Shown here: piece after piece, positions 1-14,600 of the stretch | Layout of the letters: each line of letters opens with the position of its first letter | Position numbering within the stretch: position 1 is the stretch's first letter | Position numbers and translations under genes: made by a program | Notes under the pieces: model-generated | What the model was told of the DNA's origin: nothing | The model's database searches: none | Seen by the model: only the letters and a program-made list of their open reading frames with translations | Source of the DNA: Macrostomum hystrix | Lineage: Eukaryota; Animalia; Platyhelminthes | Direction: 5' to 3' | Length of the DNA: 64,000 nucleotides | Assembly: GCA_950097015.1 (NCBI GenBank) | Contig: CATNEN010000005.1 | Location: 5,828,001-5,892,000 of the forward strand

Positions 1-800
1 CCCCTTCTTGTCATTATTCACCCCTTCTTGTCCTTAATCACCCTTCCTGTCATTATTCACCCCTTCTTGTCATTATTCACCTTCTTGTCATTATTCACCC
101 CTTCTTGTCCTTATTCACCCCTTCTTGTCATTATTGACCCCTTCTTGTCATTATTCACCATTTCTTGTCATTATTCACCATTTCTTGTCATTATTCACCC
201 CTTCTTGTCCTTATTCACCCCTTCTTGTCGTTATTCACCCCTTCTTGTCCTTAATGACCCTTCCTGTCATTATTCACCCCTTCTTGTCATTATTCACCTA
301 CTTGTCATTATTCACCTTCTTGTCATTATCCACCCCTTCTTGTCATTATTCACCCCTTCTTGTCATTATTCACCATTTCTTGTCATTATTCACCCCTTCG
401 TGTCCTTATTCACCCCTTCTAGTCATTATTTACCCCTTCTTGTTATTATTCACCCCTTCTTGTCCTTATTCACCCCTTCTAATCTTTATTCACCCCTTCT
501 TTTCAATATTCACCCCTTCTTGTCCTTATTCACCCCTTCTAATATTTATTCACCCCTTCTTTTCAATATTCACCCTTCTTGTCCTTATTCACCCTTCCTG
601 TCCTTATTCACCCTTCCTGTCATTATTCACCCTTCTTGTCATTATTCACCCCTTCTAGTCATTATTCACCCCTTCTTGTCATTATTGACCCCTTCTTGTC
701 CTTATTCACCCCTTCTTGTCATTATTCACCCTTTCTTGTCATTATTCACCCCTTCTAATCTTTATTCACCCCTTCTTATCCTTATTCACCTCTTCCTGTC
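1..800. repeat. About 20-bp minisatellite (TTATTCACCCCTTCTTGTCA)n
   Basis: Visible tandem units; truncated by the window start. Confidence 0.95.
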
Positions 801-1394
801 TTCATTCACAACTTTATAAATGTATTCACACATTCGTGGCCTTGTCATGTCACCAAGACACATTTCTTGTTATAATTCACAGAATCCTCTATCATTCACA
901 ACATTTTTTTCTTCATTTCTTATAATGAATAAGGTAGCATTAACTACATATACGAGCTTCAAATTGCACACACGAGTACATTTCTGGGTGGAGTCACAGA
1001 TAACTATGACTTCTTGGAATATAAAGGATTTAAAGGGAAGTCTGGCCCAGATATTTAGGATTATAATGCACCCCAATAAATCTTAAGTATGAGTAATAAG
1101 TGAACTCTTAGAGAGAGAGTTTTGTCATCCACTTTGCAGGGACGAGTTAGTTTTTAAGAAATAGAGCCTAGGCAACTAGATAACTAAGTAAAAGCTATAC
1201 AAATAAAATAGGAGCCCAATTCATCAACCAGTTAGATGAGAGTTACTGACTGACTGATGATAGATAAGCACGAGGCCTTCTAAAGAAAATTAATTGCCTC
1301 TACAGGCCTCTACTTTGGGTTTTATATAAGATCAACCAAACCTTGCTCCTTGCTCTTAGCAGCTTTTCGAATGGGATAGTTTTAAGGAATTTTA

Positions 1395-1915
1395 TTGAAT
1401 CCCTTATCGATAATCCCATTTAGTAGATTATGAATCCTTTATCGATAATCCCATTCAGTAGATTATGAATCCTTTATTGATAATCCTATTTAGTAGATTA
1501 TGAATCCTTTATCGATAATCCCCTTTTAGTAGATTATGAATCCCTTATCACGAATCCCCATTCAGTAGATTATGAATCCCTCATCACGAATCCCCATTCA
1601 GTAGATTATGAATCCCTCATCACGAATCCCCATTCAGTAGATTATGAATCCCTCATCACGAATCCCCATTCAGTAGATTATGAATCCCTCATCACAAATC
1701 CCCATTCAGTAGATTATGAATCCCTCATCACGAATCCCCATTCAGTAGATTATGAATCCCTTATCACGAATCCCCATTCAGTAGATCATGAATCCCTTAT
1801 CACGAATCCCCATTCAGTAGATTATGAATTCCTTATTGATAATCCCAATTCAGTAGATTTAGAATCCCTTATCGATAATCCCTTCTAGTAGATTATGAAT
1901 GCCTTATTACTAATT
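1395..1915. repeat. About 36-bp minisatellite (AATCCCCATTCAGTAGATTATGAATCCCTCATCACG)n
   Basis: Visible tandem units. Confidence 0.95.
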
Positions 1916-2645
1916 CCCGTTCAGTATAATATGGATTCCAAAAAATCGAATTTAATCCTGAATTGATGTAGACTCATATGCATTTGTTTTTAAGTTTTTT
2001 AATTGTGTCTGTTGCTATGCAAAGAAAAATAAAAATAAGTAGCACAGAGCCTACATTAACTTTTAGAGTTTCTAATCCAGTCACATTTAGAAAGTGCTAA
2101 TTAATGCTTTATTATATATTACAGTTATAATTACCGCGAGTACATTAGTACGGAACTTAAAAAATAAGTAGCATATTTGGAAAGTTACAAAGACGAATTA
2201 CATATCTATGTAAATTTAAATAGTTTGTTTGTATAAAATATTATACAAAAATATAGAACTAAAAAATGTGAAAAAACATATTTAGTAGACGAATTAAAAT
2301 GCTAAATATGATCTCAAAGTTTGTTTAATAACTTCAAGACATTTATTTTAAGTAGTTATTCGACGAAAAAAGTTAGCTAAAATTCAAGAATATATAAAGT
2401 GCTTAGTAACTTTAGGAAAAAATAGGCCGGTAGTAAAAAAAGCCTAAAATGCCTTTACATACTACTGACTGCAAAAAGTAGTATTGCTATTTTGTTTACG
2501 CTTTTTTGTACGAGCCAGATTTAAAATGCAAAGTACGAGTAATACACACTAAAATTAGTAATTTTTGAAACAAATAAATGTCTAACAATATATCGATTCC
2601 ATTTATCGCAGAGGAAAGATGAAAAACTAAATAAAAAATAGAAAG

Positions 2646-5600
2646 TCATTTTCCGCGAGACAGACTCCACGAGCTCAACTGCTTTCTGAGACGTTTAGCG
2701 GACAGGCCGGCTATGCTGAGGCGAGACGAAGACGAACTTTTTGGCATCTCCTCGCGCGACGCCTGCGGAGGGAGGGGTGGGTGGGTGCGCTCGGTTGCAA
2801 CTGATAACTCAGAAATTAAAGATAGCTGTCTGTCTTTAGACTTATTTTCCACACGACTCATAATTATAGAGTGACTAGAATGAGTAATGGAGTGACTAGA
2901 ATATGTAATGGAGTGACTAGAATATGTAATGGAGTGACTAGAATGAGTAATGGAGTGACTAGAATGAGTAATGGAGTGACTAGAATATGTAATGGAGTGA
3001 CTAGAATGAGTAATGGAGTGACTAGAATGAGTAATGGAGTGAATAAAATGAGTAATGGAGTGACTAGAATGAGTAATGGAGTGACTAAAATGAGTAATGG
3101 AGTGACTAGAATGAGTAATGTAGTGACTAGAATGAGTAATGGGATGACTAGAATGAGTAATGGAGTGACTAGAATGAGTAATGTAGTGACTAGAATGAGT
3201 AATGGAGTGACTAGAATGAGTAATGTAGTAACTAGAATGAGTAATGGAGTGACTAGAATGAGTGATGGGGTGACTAGAATGAGTAATGTAGTGACTAGAA
3301 TGAGTAATTTAGTGACTAGAATGAGTAATGGAGTGACTTGAATGAGTAATGGAGTGACTAGAATGAGTAATGTAGTGACTAGAATGAGTAATGGAGTGAC
3401 TTGAATGAGTAATGGAGTGACTAGAATGAGTAATGGAGTGACTAGAATGAGTAATAGAGTGACTTGAATGAGTAATGGAGTGACTAGAATGACTAGTAAA
3501 AGCGACTAGAATGAGTAATTATAGATTAACAAGAATAAGAATTGTAGTCACTAGATTGAGAACAAATGTATTGTACTTATTGTAAAAAAACAAGAAACCA
3601 ATCACAGTAAATTGGAATTTAAAAGCTAATTAAAAGGACCGGGCACTACTTGACTACTAAGCCGGAGGGCGGCATTGGCGTTGGCCGCTGTGGCCGCAGC
3701 AGACGAGCCAGAAGTTGACGATGAAACTGGTAGCGACTGGCAGCTGTCTAGCGAGGCTAAGCTGGAATTCGAGCCGCACAATTCGGCCCTCTGAAATGAA
3801 AATATTAGCGATGCATTAGGAAGCATGGATGCAACATATAGAGTAGCAACTAATTGACGATTTGGGATCTGGAAGAGTAAACACAACTTTTACAAGTGGA
3901 TTCTGTCGAGCAGCAGGAAACTCAGAGTATTAAAAATTGAGGATAAGCAACAACTTAAGGACAAACGACCTAAAAAGAGTACCTACTTGGCTTCTAAGAA
4001 AGTAAAAACACAGTGATACAAGAGGATTACAGACCGCAGATCAGGGGATAACTATTTGAAGATTAAGGGATAACTATCTGAGAATCAGGGGATAACTACC
4101 TGAGGATCAGGGGATAACTATCTGAGAATCAGGGGATAACTACCTGAGGATCAGGGGATAACTATCTGAGGATCAGGGGATAACTATCTGAGGATCAGGG
4201 GATAACTATCTGAGGATCAGGGGATAACTGTCTGAGGATCAGGGGATAACTATCTGAGGATCAGGGGATAACTATCTGAGGATCAGGGGATAACTATCTG
4301 AGGATCAGGGGATAACTATCTGAGAATCAGGGGATAACTACCTGAGGATCAGGGGATAACTATCTGAGGATCAGGGGATAACTATCTGAGGATCAGGGGA
4401 TAACTATCTGAGGATCAGGAGATAACAGCCATAGGATCAAGGGATAACAGCCATAGGATCAGGGGATAACTATCTGAGGATCAGGGGATAACTATCTGAG
4501 AATCAGGGGATAACTATCTGAGAATCAGGGGATAACTACCTGAGGATCAGGGGATAACTATCTGAGGATCAGGGGATAACTATCTGAGGATCAGGGGATA
4601 ACTATCTGAGGATCAGGGGATAACTATCTGAGGATCAGGGGATAACTATCTGAGGATCAGGAGATAACAGCCATAGGATCAAGGGATAACAGCCATAGGA
4701 TCAGGGGATAACTACCTGAGGATCAGGGGATAACAGGCTGAGGATCAAAAGATAACAGCCCGAGGATCAGAAGATAATTACCTAAGAACTTCGGGATAAT
4801 TATCTAGGGAATTTTAGATGACAGGGGATGGCTGCCAAAGGATCAGGGGATAACAGCCATGGGATCAGGGATTTCGTGGCTTACCATAGTCCAATCAGCC
4901 AGAGACCCCAGACGCTGCTGCTGCTGTTTCTGCAAAGCCAAAGCTGGCGAAGATGTACCGCCGGCTCCATCTGCAGCTAGCCTAGAAGCGGCTGTAGAAG
5001 CCGAAGAGGTTGAGGCCCTTGCCAGACGAAAGCTTCTACGCAGGCCAGAGAGGCCGCGACGCAATGAATCGCCAAGGCGGCCAACCGGCCTCTTGAACTC
5101 CGTCGCCGGTGCGCGGTGAATAGTTTGCAGAGCCTGATGCTGCGGCGTGGCAATTGTTGACGAGTTCAACAACATTGCCGATGGCGTTGGAGGCGGAGGC
5201 GGCGGTGGAGCAAGAAAGACAGAGTCGCCTTGCTGCTGCTGCTGCGGAGTCTAATAGAATAAAAATCACCTGGCTTAGGTTTGCATACACTTTTTGGTTT
5301 TTCTTCTAGGAGTTAAAAACTGCATTAAAACTGAGCACATAAAAAACTGACCGAGAACACTGACAAGGGAATCCTGAAAAATGATAAAAATATTTTATCT
5401 TTCTTTTGTTCTAACTTACTTATCTGTCTCCTCTTATACCTCCCGTTTTCTACCCCCTATTATCTCCCTCTCTTTTCTATCAAACATTCTTTCTCCCATT
5501 CTATCACCTATTCTTTCTCCCAATCTATCACCCATTCTTTCTCCCTATCCATCTCCCATTCTTTCTCCCAATCTATCACCCATTCTTTCTCCCTATCTGT

Positions 5601-8600
5601 CACCCATTCTTTCTCCCTATCCATCTCCCATTCTTTCTCCCAATCTATCACCCATTCTTTCTCCCTATCTGTCACCCATTCTTTCTCCCTATCTATCTCC
5701 CATTCTTTCTCCCTATCTGTCACCCATTCTTTCTCCCTATCTATCTACCATTCTTTCTCCCTATCTATCACCCATTCTTTCTCCCTATCTATCACCCATT
5801 CTTTCTCCCTATCTATCACCCATTCTTTCTCCCAATCTATCTACCATTGTTTCTCCCTATCTATCTACCATTGTTTCTCCCTATCTATCACCCATTCTTT
5901 CTCCCTATCTATCTACCATTCTTTCTCCCTATTTATCTCCCATTCTTTCTCCCTATCTGTCACCCATTCTTTCTCCCTATCTATCACCCATTGTTTCTCC
6001 CTATCTATCTACCATTCTTTCTCCCTATCGATCTACCATTCTTTCTCCCTATCTATCTACCATTCTTTCTCCCTATTTATCTCCCATTCTTTCTCCCTAT
6101 CTATCTACCATTCTTTCTCCCTATCTATCACCCATTGTTTCTCCCTATCTATCTACCATTCTTTCTCCCTATCGATCTACCATTCTTTCTCCCTATCTAT
6201 CTACCATTCTTTCTCCCTATCTATCACCCATTCTTTCTCCCTATCTATCACCCATTCTTTCTCCCTATCTATCACCCATTGTTTCTCCCTATCTATCTAC
6301 CATTCTTTCTCCCTATCGATCTACCATTCTTTCTCCCTATCTATCTACCATTCTTTCTCCCTATCTATCACCCATTCTTTCTCCCTATCTATCACCCATT
6401 CTTTCTCCCTATCTATCACCCATTCTTTCTCCCTATCTATCACCCATTCTTTCTCACTATCTATCACCCATCCTTTCTCCCTATTTATCTCCCATTCTTT
6501 CTCACTATCTATCACCCATTCTTTCTCCCTATCTATCACCCATTCTTTCTCCCTATCTATCACCCATTCTTTCTCCCTATCTATCACCCATTCTTTCTCA
6601 CTATCTATCACCCATCCTTTCTCCCTATTTATCTCCCATTCTTTCTCACTATCTATCTACCATTCTTTCTCCCTATCTATCACCCATTCTTTCTCCCTAT
6701 CTATCTACCATTGTTTCTCCCTATCTATCACCCATTCTTTCTCCCTATCTATCTACCATTCTTTCTCCCTATCTATCAAACATTCTTTCTCCCTATCTAT
6801 CACCCATTCTTTCTCCCTATCTATCACCCATTGTTTCTCCCTATCTATCTACCATTCTTTCTCCCTATCTATCACCCATTCTTTCTCCCTATCTATCTAC
6901 CATTCTTTCTCCCTATCTATCACCCATTCTTTCTCCCTATCTATCACCCATTGTTTCTCCCTATCTATCTACCATTCTTTCTCCCTATCTATCACCCATT
7001 TTTTCTCCCTATCTATCACCCATTTTTTCTCCCTGTCTATCACCCATCCTTTCTCCCTATTTATCTCCCATTCTTTCTCCCTATTTATCTACCATTCTTT
7101 CTCCCAATCTGTCACCCATTCTTTCTCACTATCTATATACCATTCTTTCTCCCAATCTGTCATCCATTCTTTCTCACTATCTATCACCCATTCTTTCTCC
7201 CTATCTATCACCCATTCTTTCTCCCTATCTATCACCCATTCTTTCTCCCTATCTATCACCCATTCTTTCTCCCTATCTATCACCCATTCTTTCTCACTAT
7301 CTATCACCCATCCTTTCTCCCTATTTATCTCCCATTCTTTCTCACTATCTATCACCCATTCTTTCTCCCTATCTATCACCCATTCTTTCTCCCTATCTAT
7401 CACCCATTCTTTCTCCCTATCTATCACCCATTCTTTCTCACTATCTATCACCCATCCTTTCTCCCTATTTATCTCCCATTCTTTCTCACTATCTATCTAC
7501 CATTCTTTCTCCCTATCTATCACCCATTCTTTCTCCCTATCTATCTACCATTCTTTCTCCCTATCTATCACCCATTCTTTCTCCCTATCTATCTACCATT
7601 CTTTCTCCCTATCTATCAAACATTCTTTCTCCCTATCTATCACCCATTCTTTCTCCCTATCTATCACCCATTGTTTCTCCCTATCTATCTACCATTCTTT
7701 CTCCCTATCTATCACCCATTCTTTCTCCCTATCGATCTACCATTCTTTCTCCCTATCTATCACCCATTCTTTCTCCCTATCTATCACCCATTCTTTCTCC
7801 CTATCTATCACCCATTCTTTCTCCCTATCTATCACCCATTTTTTCTCCCTGTCTATCACCCATCCTTTCTCCCTATTTATCTCCCATTCTTTCTCCCTAT
7901 TTATCTACCATTCTTTCTCCCAATCTGTCACCCATTGTTTCTCCATATCTATCTCCCATTCTTTCTCCCTATCTATCTACCATTCTTTCTCCCTATCTAT
8001 CACCCATTCTTTCTCCCTATCTATCACCCATTCTTTCTCCCTATCTATCACCCATTCTTTCTCACTATCTATCACCCATCCTTTCTCCCTATTTATCTCC
8101 CATTCTTTCTCACTATCTATCTACCATTCTTTCTCCCTATCTATCACCCATTCTTTCTCCCTATCTATCTACCATTCTTTCTCCCTATCTATCAAACATT
8201 CTTTCTCCCTATCTATCACCCATTCTTTCTCCCTATCTATCACCCATTGTTTCTCCCTATCTATCTACCATTCTTTCTCCCTATCTATCACCCATTCTTT
8301 CTCCCTATCGATCTACCATTCTTTCTCCCTATCTATCACCCATTCTTTCTCCCTATCTATCACCCATTCTTTCTCCCTATCTATCACCCATTCTTTCTCC
8401 CTATCTATCACCCATTTTTTCTCCCTGTCTATCACCCATCCTTTCTCCCTATTTATCTCCCATTCTTTCTCCCTATTTATCTACCATTCTTTCTCCCAAT
8501 CTGTCACCCATTGTTTCTCCATATCTATCTCCCATTCTTTCTCCCTATCTATCTACCATTCTTTCTCCCTATCTATCACCCATTCTTTCTCCCTATCTAT

Positions 8601-11600
8601 CACCCATTCTTTCTCCCTATCTATCACCCATTCTTTCTCACTATCTATCACCCATCCTTTCTCCCTATTTATCTCCCATTCTTTCTCACTATCTATCTAC
8701 CATTCTTTCTCCCTATCTATCACCCATTCTTTCTCCCTATCTATCTACCATTCTTTCTCCCTATCTATCAAACATTCTTTCTCCCTATCTATCACCCATT
8801 CTTTCTCCCTATCTATCACCCATTGTTTCTCCCTATCTATCTACCATTCTTTCTCCCTATCTATCACCCATTCTTTCTCCCTATCTATCTACCATTCTTT
8901 CTCCCTATCTATCACCCATTCTTTCTCCCTATCTATCACCCATTGTTTCTCCCTATCTATCTACCATTCTTTCTCCCTATCTATCTACCATTCTTTCTCC
9001 CTATCTATCACCCATTTTTTCTCCCTATCTATCACCCATTTTTTCTCCCTGTCTATCACCCATCCTTTCTCCCTATTTATCTCCCATTCTTTCTCCCTAT
9101 TTATCTACCATTCTTTCTCCCAATCTGTCACCCATTCTTTCTCACTATCTATCTACCATTCTTTCTCCCAATCTGTCATCCATTCTTTCTCACTATCTAT
9201 CTACCATTCTTTCTCCCAATCTGTCACCCATTGTTTCTCCATATCTATCTCCCATTTTTCAGTGAATCATAGCTAAGATACTTGTTAGTCAGTAAAGCAA
9301 ATGACAAAAATGACGCCACCACCGCTAATGGATATAAAAATAACACATTATGGAACAACGAGTAAACCTTAAAGCCGCATGCCCCGGCCGATACAAAGCT
9401 GTTCTGGCCTTCCTGATTGGACGCCCGATCGTCGTCAGTGACAACACCGGATGGCGAGGCGGGACAGGGAAAGTCGCCGAGAACAGCGGAGGAGTCTAGA
9501 CCCGGGTTAGAAGTCTGGTGCTGTTGCTGCTGAAGGGCAGCCGATACAGCTCTAGTCAGAGTGCGCCTGGGAGTTCGATTCGATAGTGCCCTGGTGACTC
9601 GCTTGCCGAATCGTCTAGCCTTGGCGCTCAGCTGAAGCTGCCGATCAAAGATGCCGCTAGTCTCCACCCTCAATTCGTCGATATCAACTCGAGCAAAATA
9701 AGAGTCCAAAGACTCAGCCGAACAGGTGGCCGAACAGATCTGGGCGCAAACCGATCGAAGAAATGCCGGCTTATCAGCGGAGCCAATCAGAGCAAACGAC
9801 AGGACGAATAATTCGCTGGACTCGGCCGACCGGCAGACGAAAGCGAATAGGCGCCGAATGTCGGTTGGATCGCGATCGTCTGTCAGAGTGCAGACTCGAC
9901 GTACACGACTCAGATGCAGCAGCTCCAGATGGCGATACTGACGCTTCGGCGGCTTCAATGCGCTGCTAGACGGCTTACTGGGACCCGAGGCTGCGGCTGC
10001 GGCTGCGACCGAGGCGGCCACTGAACTGCCGGCTACGCTGGCGCCGACACCGCCGCCACTTTTGCGCAACTTGGAGATCTGAGTGAGCAAGATATCACAA
10101 ATACAAGATACACTTTTAAACTGTTGCTGAGAATAGTCTATCAGGTTATCTGACTGTTTTCTAACTAGACAATCCCTGCTGTCTTCTGCTAGATTATCAC
10201 AATGATCTAATCCTAGAATGTCCCAATGATCTAATCCTAGAATGTCCCAATGATCTAATCCTAGAATGTCCCAATGATCTAATCCTAGAATGTCCCAATG
10301 ATCTAATCCTAGAATGTCCCAATGATCTAATCCTAGAATGTCCCAATGATCTAATCCTAGAATGTCCCAATGATCTAATTCTAGAATATCCCAATGATCT
10401 AATTCTAGAATGTCCCAATGATCTAATCCTAGAATGTCCCAATGATCTAATCCTAGAATGTCCCAATGATCTAATCCTAGAATGTCCCAATGATCTAATT
10501 CTAGAATATCCCAAATGATCTAATCCTAGAATATCCCAATGATCTAATCCTAGAATGTCCCAATGATCTAATTCTAGAATATCCCAATGATCTAATCCTA
10601 GAATGTCCCAAATGATCTAATCCTAGAATGTCCCAATGATCTAATTCTAGAATATCCCAATGATCTAATCCTAGAATGTCCCAATGATCTAATCCTAGAA
10701 TGTCCCAATGATCTAATTCTAGAATATCCCAAATGATCTAATCCTAGAATATCCCAATGATCTAATCCTAGAATGTCCCAATGATCTAATTCTAGAATAT
10801 CCCAATGATCTAATCCTAGAATGTCCCAAATGATCTAATCCTAGAATGTCCCAATGATCTAATTCTAGAATATCCCAATGATCTAATCCTAGAATGTCCC
10901 CAATGATCTAATCCTAGAATATCCCAAATTATCTAATCCTAGAATATCCCAAATGATTTAATCCGAGAATATCCCAATTTTATAATCTTAGAAAATCCCA
11001 ATGATCTAATCCTAGAATATCCCAATGATCTAATCCTAGAATATCCCAAATGATATAATCCTATAATGTCCCAATGATCATAACAATATTAGCACTAGCA
11101 AACGGTACCTACACTCACCTGCAAATAATCAGTAAACAGTAACAGAGACAGAAAACTGCCAGGTCCAGCCAATGGCCGATAGCCGGAAGATCCGTTAGCC
11201 AATTCGATAACGTCCACCCGGTCAACAATGGCCCTATGCGATGATAGCAGCGAAGGCGGACAATTTTCAATATCGTTGATAATGTCAAACATGGCCAGCT
11301 GGGAATCTGTTGTGCGTTTCTCCTCGTTGATATGATCCAAAGCTTTGCGTACAACAGCGAGGGCGTGCTGAAGACAGGCGTGATCGGGGTTATCTTCAGC
11401 GGTAGCTTTCAACATGTCGCCAAGCAGCAGGGTGACCGATGGCAGGCGTTGAACCGGCCGGATTAGCAGCTCCTTGAGCGACTGTCGAAGGCATTCCTTT
11501 CGGCTGAGGCACAGTCTGAGGTAGGCGCGAAATCTCGGATCTCTCTGTTCCCACCGGGCCATCTCCTCTTTGGCTTGTTCAACAAAATTAACAAACGGCG

Positions 11601-14600
11601 GATAGACCTGGCTTAGCTGTTCGGCGCGATCTGTGAACACTTTGCCAACTAGACAGCCGTCTGACCAGTTCTCTGTGAGCCTCTGCGAGAATGGTAGGGT
11701 TTGAGTAACTTTATGAGCATTTGAGTGATGAGGTTTATGAGCACATTAGAGAGTAGGTTTATGAGCACATTAGAGAGTAGGTTTATGAGCACATTAGAGA
11801 GTAGGTTTATGAGCACATTAGAGAGTGGGTTAATGAGCACATTAGAGAGTGGGTTAATGAGCACATTAGAGAGTAGGTTTATGAGCACATTAGAGAGTAG
11901 GTTTATGAGCACATTAGAGAGTGGGTTAATGAGCACATTAGAGAGTGGGTTAATGAGCACATTAGAGAGTGGGTTAATGAGCACATTAGAGAGTAGGTTT
12001 ATGAGCACATTAGAGAGTAGGTTTATGAGCACATTAGAGAGTAGGTTTATGAGCACATGAAGGGTAGCTTTTTGAGCCACTAACCTTAAGAGCAGACTCG
12101 ATGCCGCGATGCAGTTTATAGATGGGTTCCAGGCCGTGAAAGATTATTTCCACAGCCATGTCTGGCAGTAGGGCGCCACCAGGCCTAGTTGAATCCGTCA
12201 CTTCTCGGCGAATGACGTCAACAATGACACCGAGAATGCTGACATAGTTAGCTTCAGTGTGAGCCAGTTCTAGCGCCTTCTGCAGTCGACGCTGTTGTCG
12301 AGCATCAACAGCTGCTGAAAGTTGCTGTTGCTGCTGCTGCTGAGAGCTTGAAGCAACAGCTGGAGATGATGAAAAGCCGTCAATACCAATGGCTGCATTT
12401 GAAGACAGGCCACGTTCAGCAACAGGCGACAGGGCGCAGCTGTCCGCGGTGGCATCCAGCAAGCTGGCAGCGCTGCTGACTCCAGACAGTCTGTGCATAG
12501 CCGGACTAGGCATTGATAACAGGTTCAACATTTCAACAGCGTCCGGCGGGCCGGCCAATGATTCCAACGGCTGCTGGGGCGCCAGACGACGACGCTTGCG
12601 AGCTAAGACATTGGCGATGGACGACGATGTACTCAAGGAAGTTCCCGTTGAAGATGCGGAAGCGCCGGCAGACGAGACCGTGGTAGATTCAACCGATGGT
12701 TTCAAAGCGTACAGGCTAGCAGCGAATTGAAAGCCGTTCTGAATGGCCAACCAGAACCATTCGCTGCGGACAGTGACAACACTGGGCGAACCGATAGCTA
12801 AATTCGGCAGAGAGCGCACATCCAGTAGGTCGTCATTGACAACTATCTGGGTGGCTGATGCGGCTGCTGTTGTTGACTTGGACGAAGGCGCCAAATCGGC
12901 TATAGAAACAACAGATCCTCCAGCCTCTCTGGTTAGCTGGGCCATCTCGGCGGTGTCTGAGTCCGAATAGCCATAGAATGCCAGGGTGTTGCCAACGAAT
13001 GGCTTCAGTCGATGTCGTGTAGACTGCGAACAATTCGAAGTGAGAATTTTGAACCGATCTAGTTAAGAATTGTTTTACGTTACTCAAATTCAAAACTATA
13101 ATATATTCGTTAATGCATATAGCTACATCTTAGGAGCACACATTTCTGGACATTACTACACGCATCCAAAGACATTACAGCCATTCAGTCCGTGGACACC
13201 AAGGGGTTGAAACACCAATGCGTGATAAGGACACTACCAGTCAGGGCAGATGTACACATTGTGTGTGAGTCTGTGCTCAGGAGTCAGCGGAATGAGCATA
13301 ATTGCCTCTTCGCTGGCTGCGGGCCTACTATAACCAAAATTACTATGATTTCATGCCCGCTGTCAATTCTACGAGTAAATATAAATAATAAAAAATAAAT
13401 CTATTTAAACACCCTCTCCCCTGTCTCATACCTCCCTGTCTCGTCTATCTTGTGCCTCATTTCTCCCCTGCCTTAGCTCTCCCGTGTCTTATCTCTCCCG
13501 TGTCTTATCTCTGCCGTGTCTTATCTCTCTCCTGTCTTATCTATCCAGTGTCTCATCTCTCTCCTATCTTATCTATCCAGTGTCTCATCTCTCTCCTATC
13601 TTATCTATCCAGTGTCTTATCTCTCTCCTATCTTATCTATTCAGTGCCTTATCTCTCTCCTATCTTATCTATCCAGTGTCTTATCTCTCTCCTATCTTAT
13701 CTATCCAGTGTCTTATCTCTCTCCTATCTTATCTATTCAGTGTCTCATCTCTCTCCTATCTTATCTATCCAGTGTCTCATCTCTCTCCTATCTTATCTAT
13801 CCAGTGTCTTATCTCTCTCCTATCTTATCTATCCAGTGTCTTATCTCTGGATCAGGGGATAGGCTTTAGGTTTATAGGCCTAACCAATAAGTTTGCCGAC
13901 CCCAGTCGCAGACAATAGAGCCTCTAACAATGAGACGCAACTCACCAATTCACCGGAATTCGCGCTAACAGCGCAACCCGAAGAGCTAGTCTGATCTCGA
14001 GCTAGCCAAGCTGCTTCAACCCAGTCGGCGGTCATGACCGGTATGCCATAGGTGACTGCTTTTCTATACTTGGCATCGGCTGTAGATACGGCAATCAGGT
14101 GGGTGACCTTTCTAGACACATCGGCTCTGATGCCGCCGCCAAGACAGTGAACTAGGAATGCAATGCGAGACACTCGAGCCTTCTCGGAGAAGCCAGTCAG
14201 GCAGGCGACAACGCCACGCATGCCGCAGGAATAGACGGGTCGGCGAGGCCAGTCAATGCCAGCCGACTCGCCTAGACGATGCAGAAGCAACAACTGATTT
14301 AGAGCTGGAGGACCAACCACACAGTAGGTTGGACCAGTTGATGTTGGCAAAGAGGTCAGCTTTTTGAATAGGCCGCAGTGTTTATCGAAATCAAATTGAT
14401 CCGTGATGTAGATGAAACGGCGAATGCTAGACGCGGCTGATGACGATAAAGACGATAAATGCTGCTCGATTGTAGTGGCGAATTCTATTGGACGGTGAAA
14501 ACTCTGCGAAATGTTGGGTCGGGTAGAATGTGTAGAATTTACAAGTGATTGGCTATCAGTTCTGATTAGGTATCAGTTCTGATTGGGTATCAGTTCTGAT

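Noticed and set aside
28-925. Low-complexity ORFs at the window start, and similar ORFs at 2871, 10197, 11725, 13452, 24619, 32390, 38543-39631, 42723-44154, 49836, 52511, 59182-60506 and 63331
   Set aside because: All coincide with tandem arrays and occur in several frames at once.
5381-9272. 1294-aa and 1141-aa plus-strand ORFs (LSPILSPY and FFLPIYHP repeats)
   Set aside because: Translations of a 24-bp satellite inside an ECT2 intron on the opposite strand; the unit simply lacks stop codons.
9726-12970. Plus-strand ORFs antisense to GC-rich exons (also 29057, 40404, 53775 and 61210)
   Set aside because: Shadow ORFs of real coding exons with no independent domain signal.
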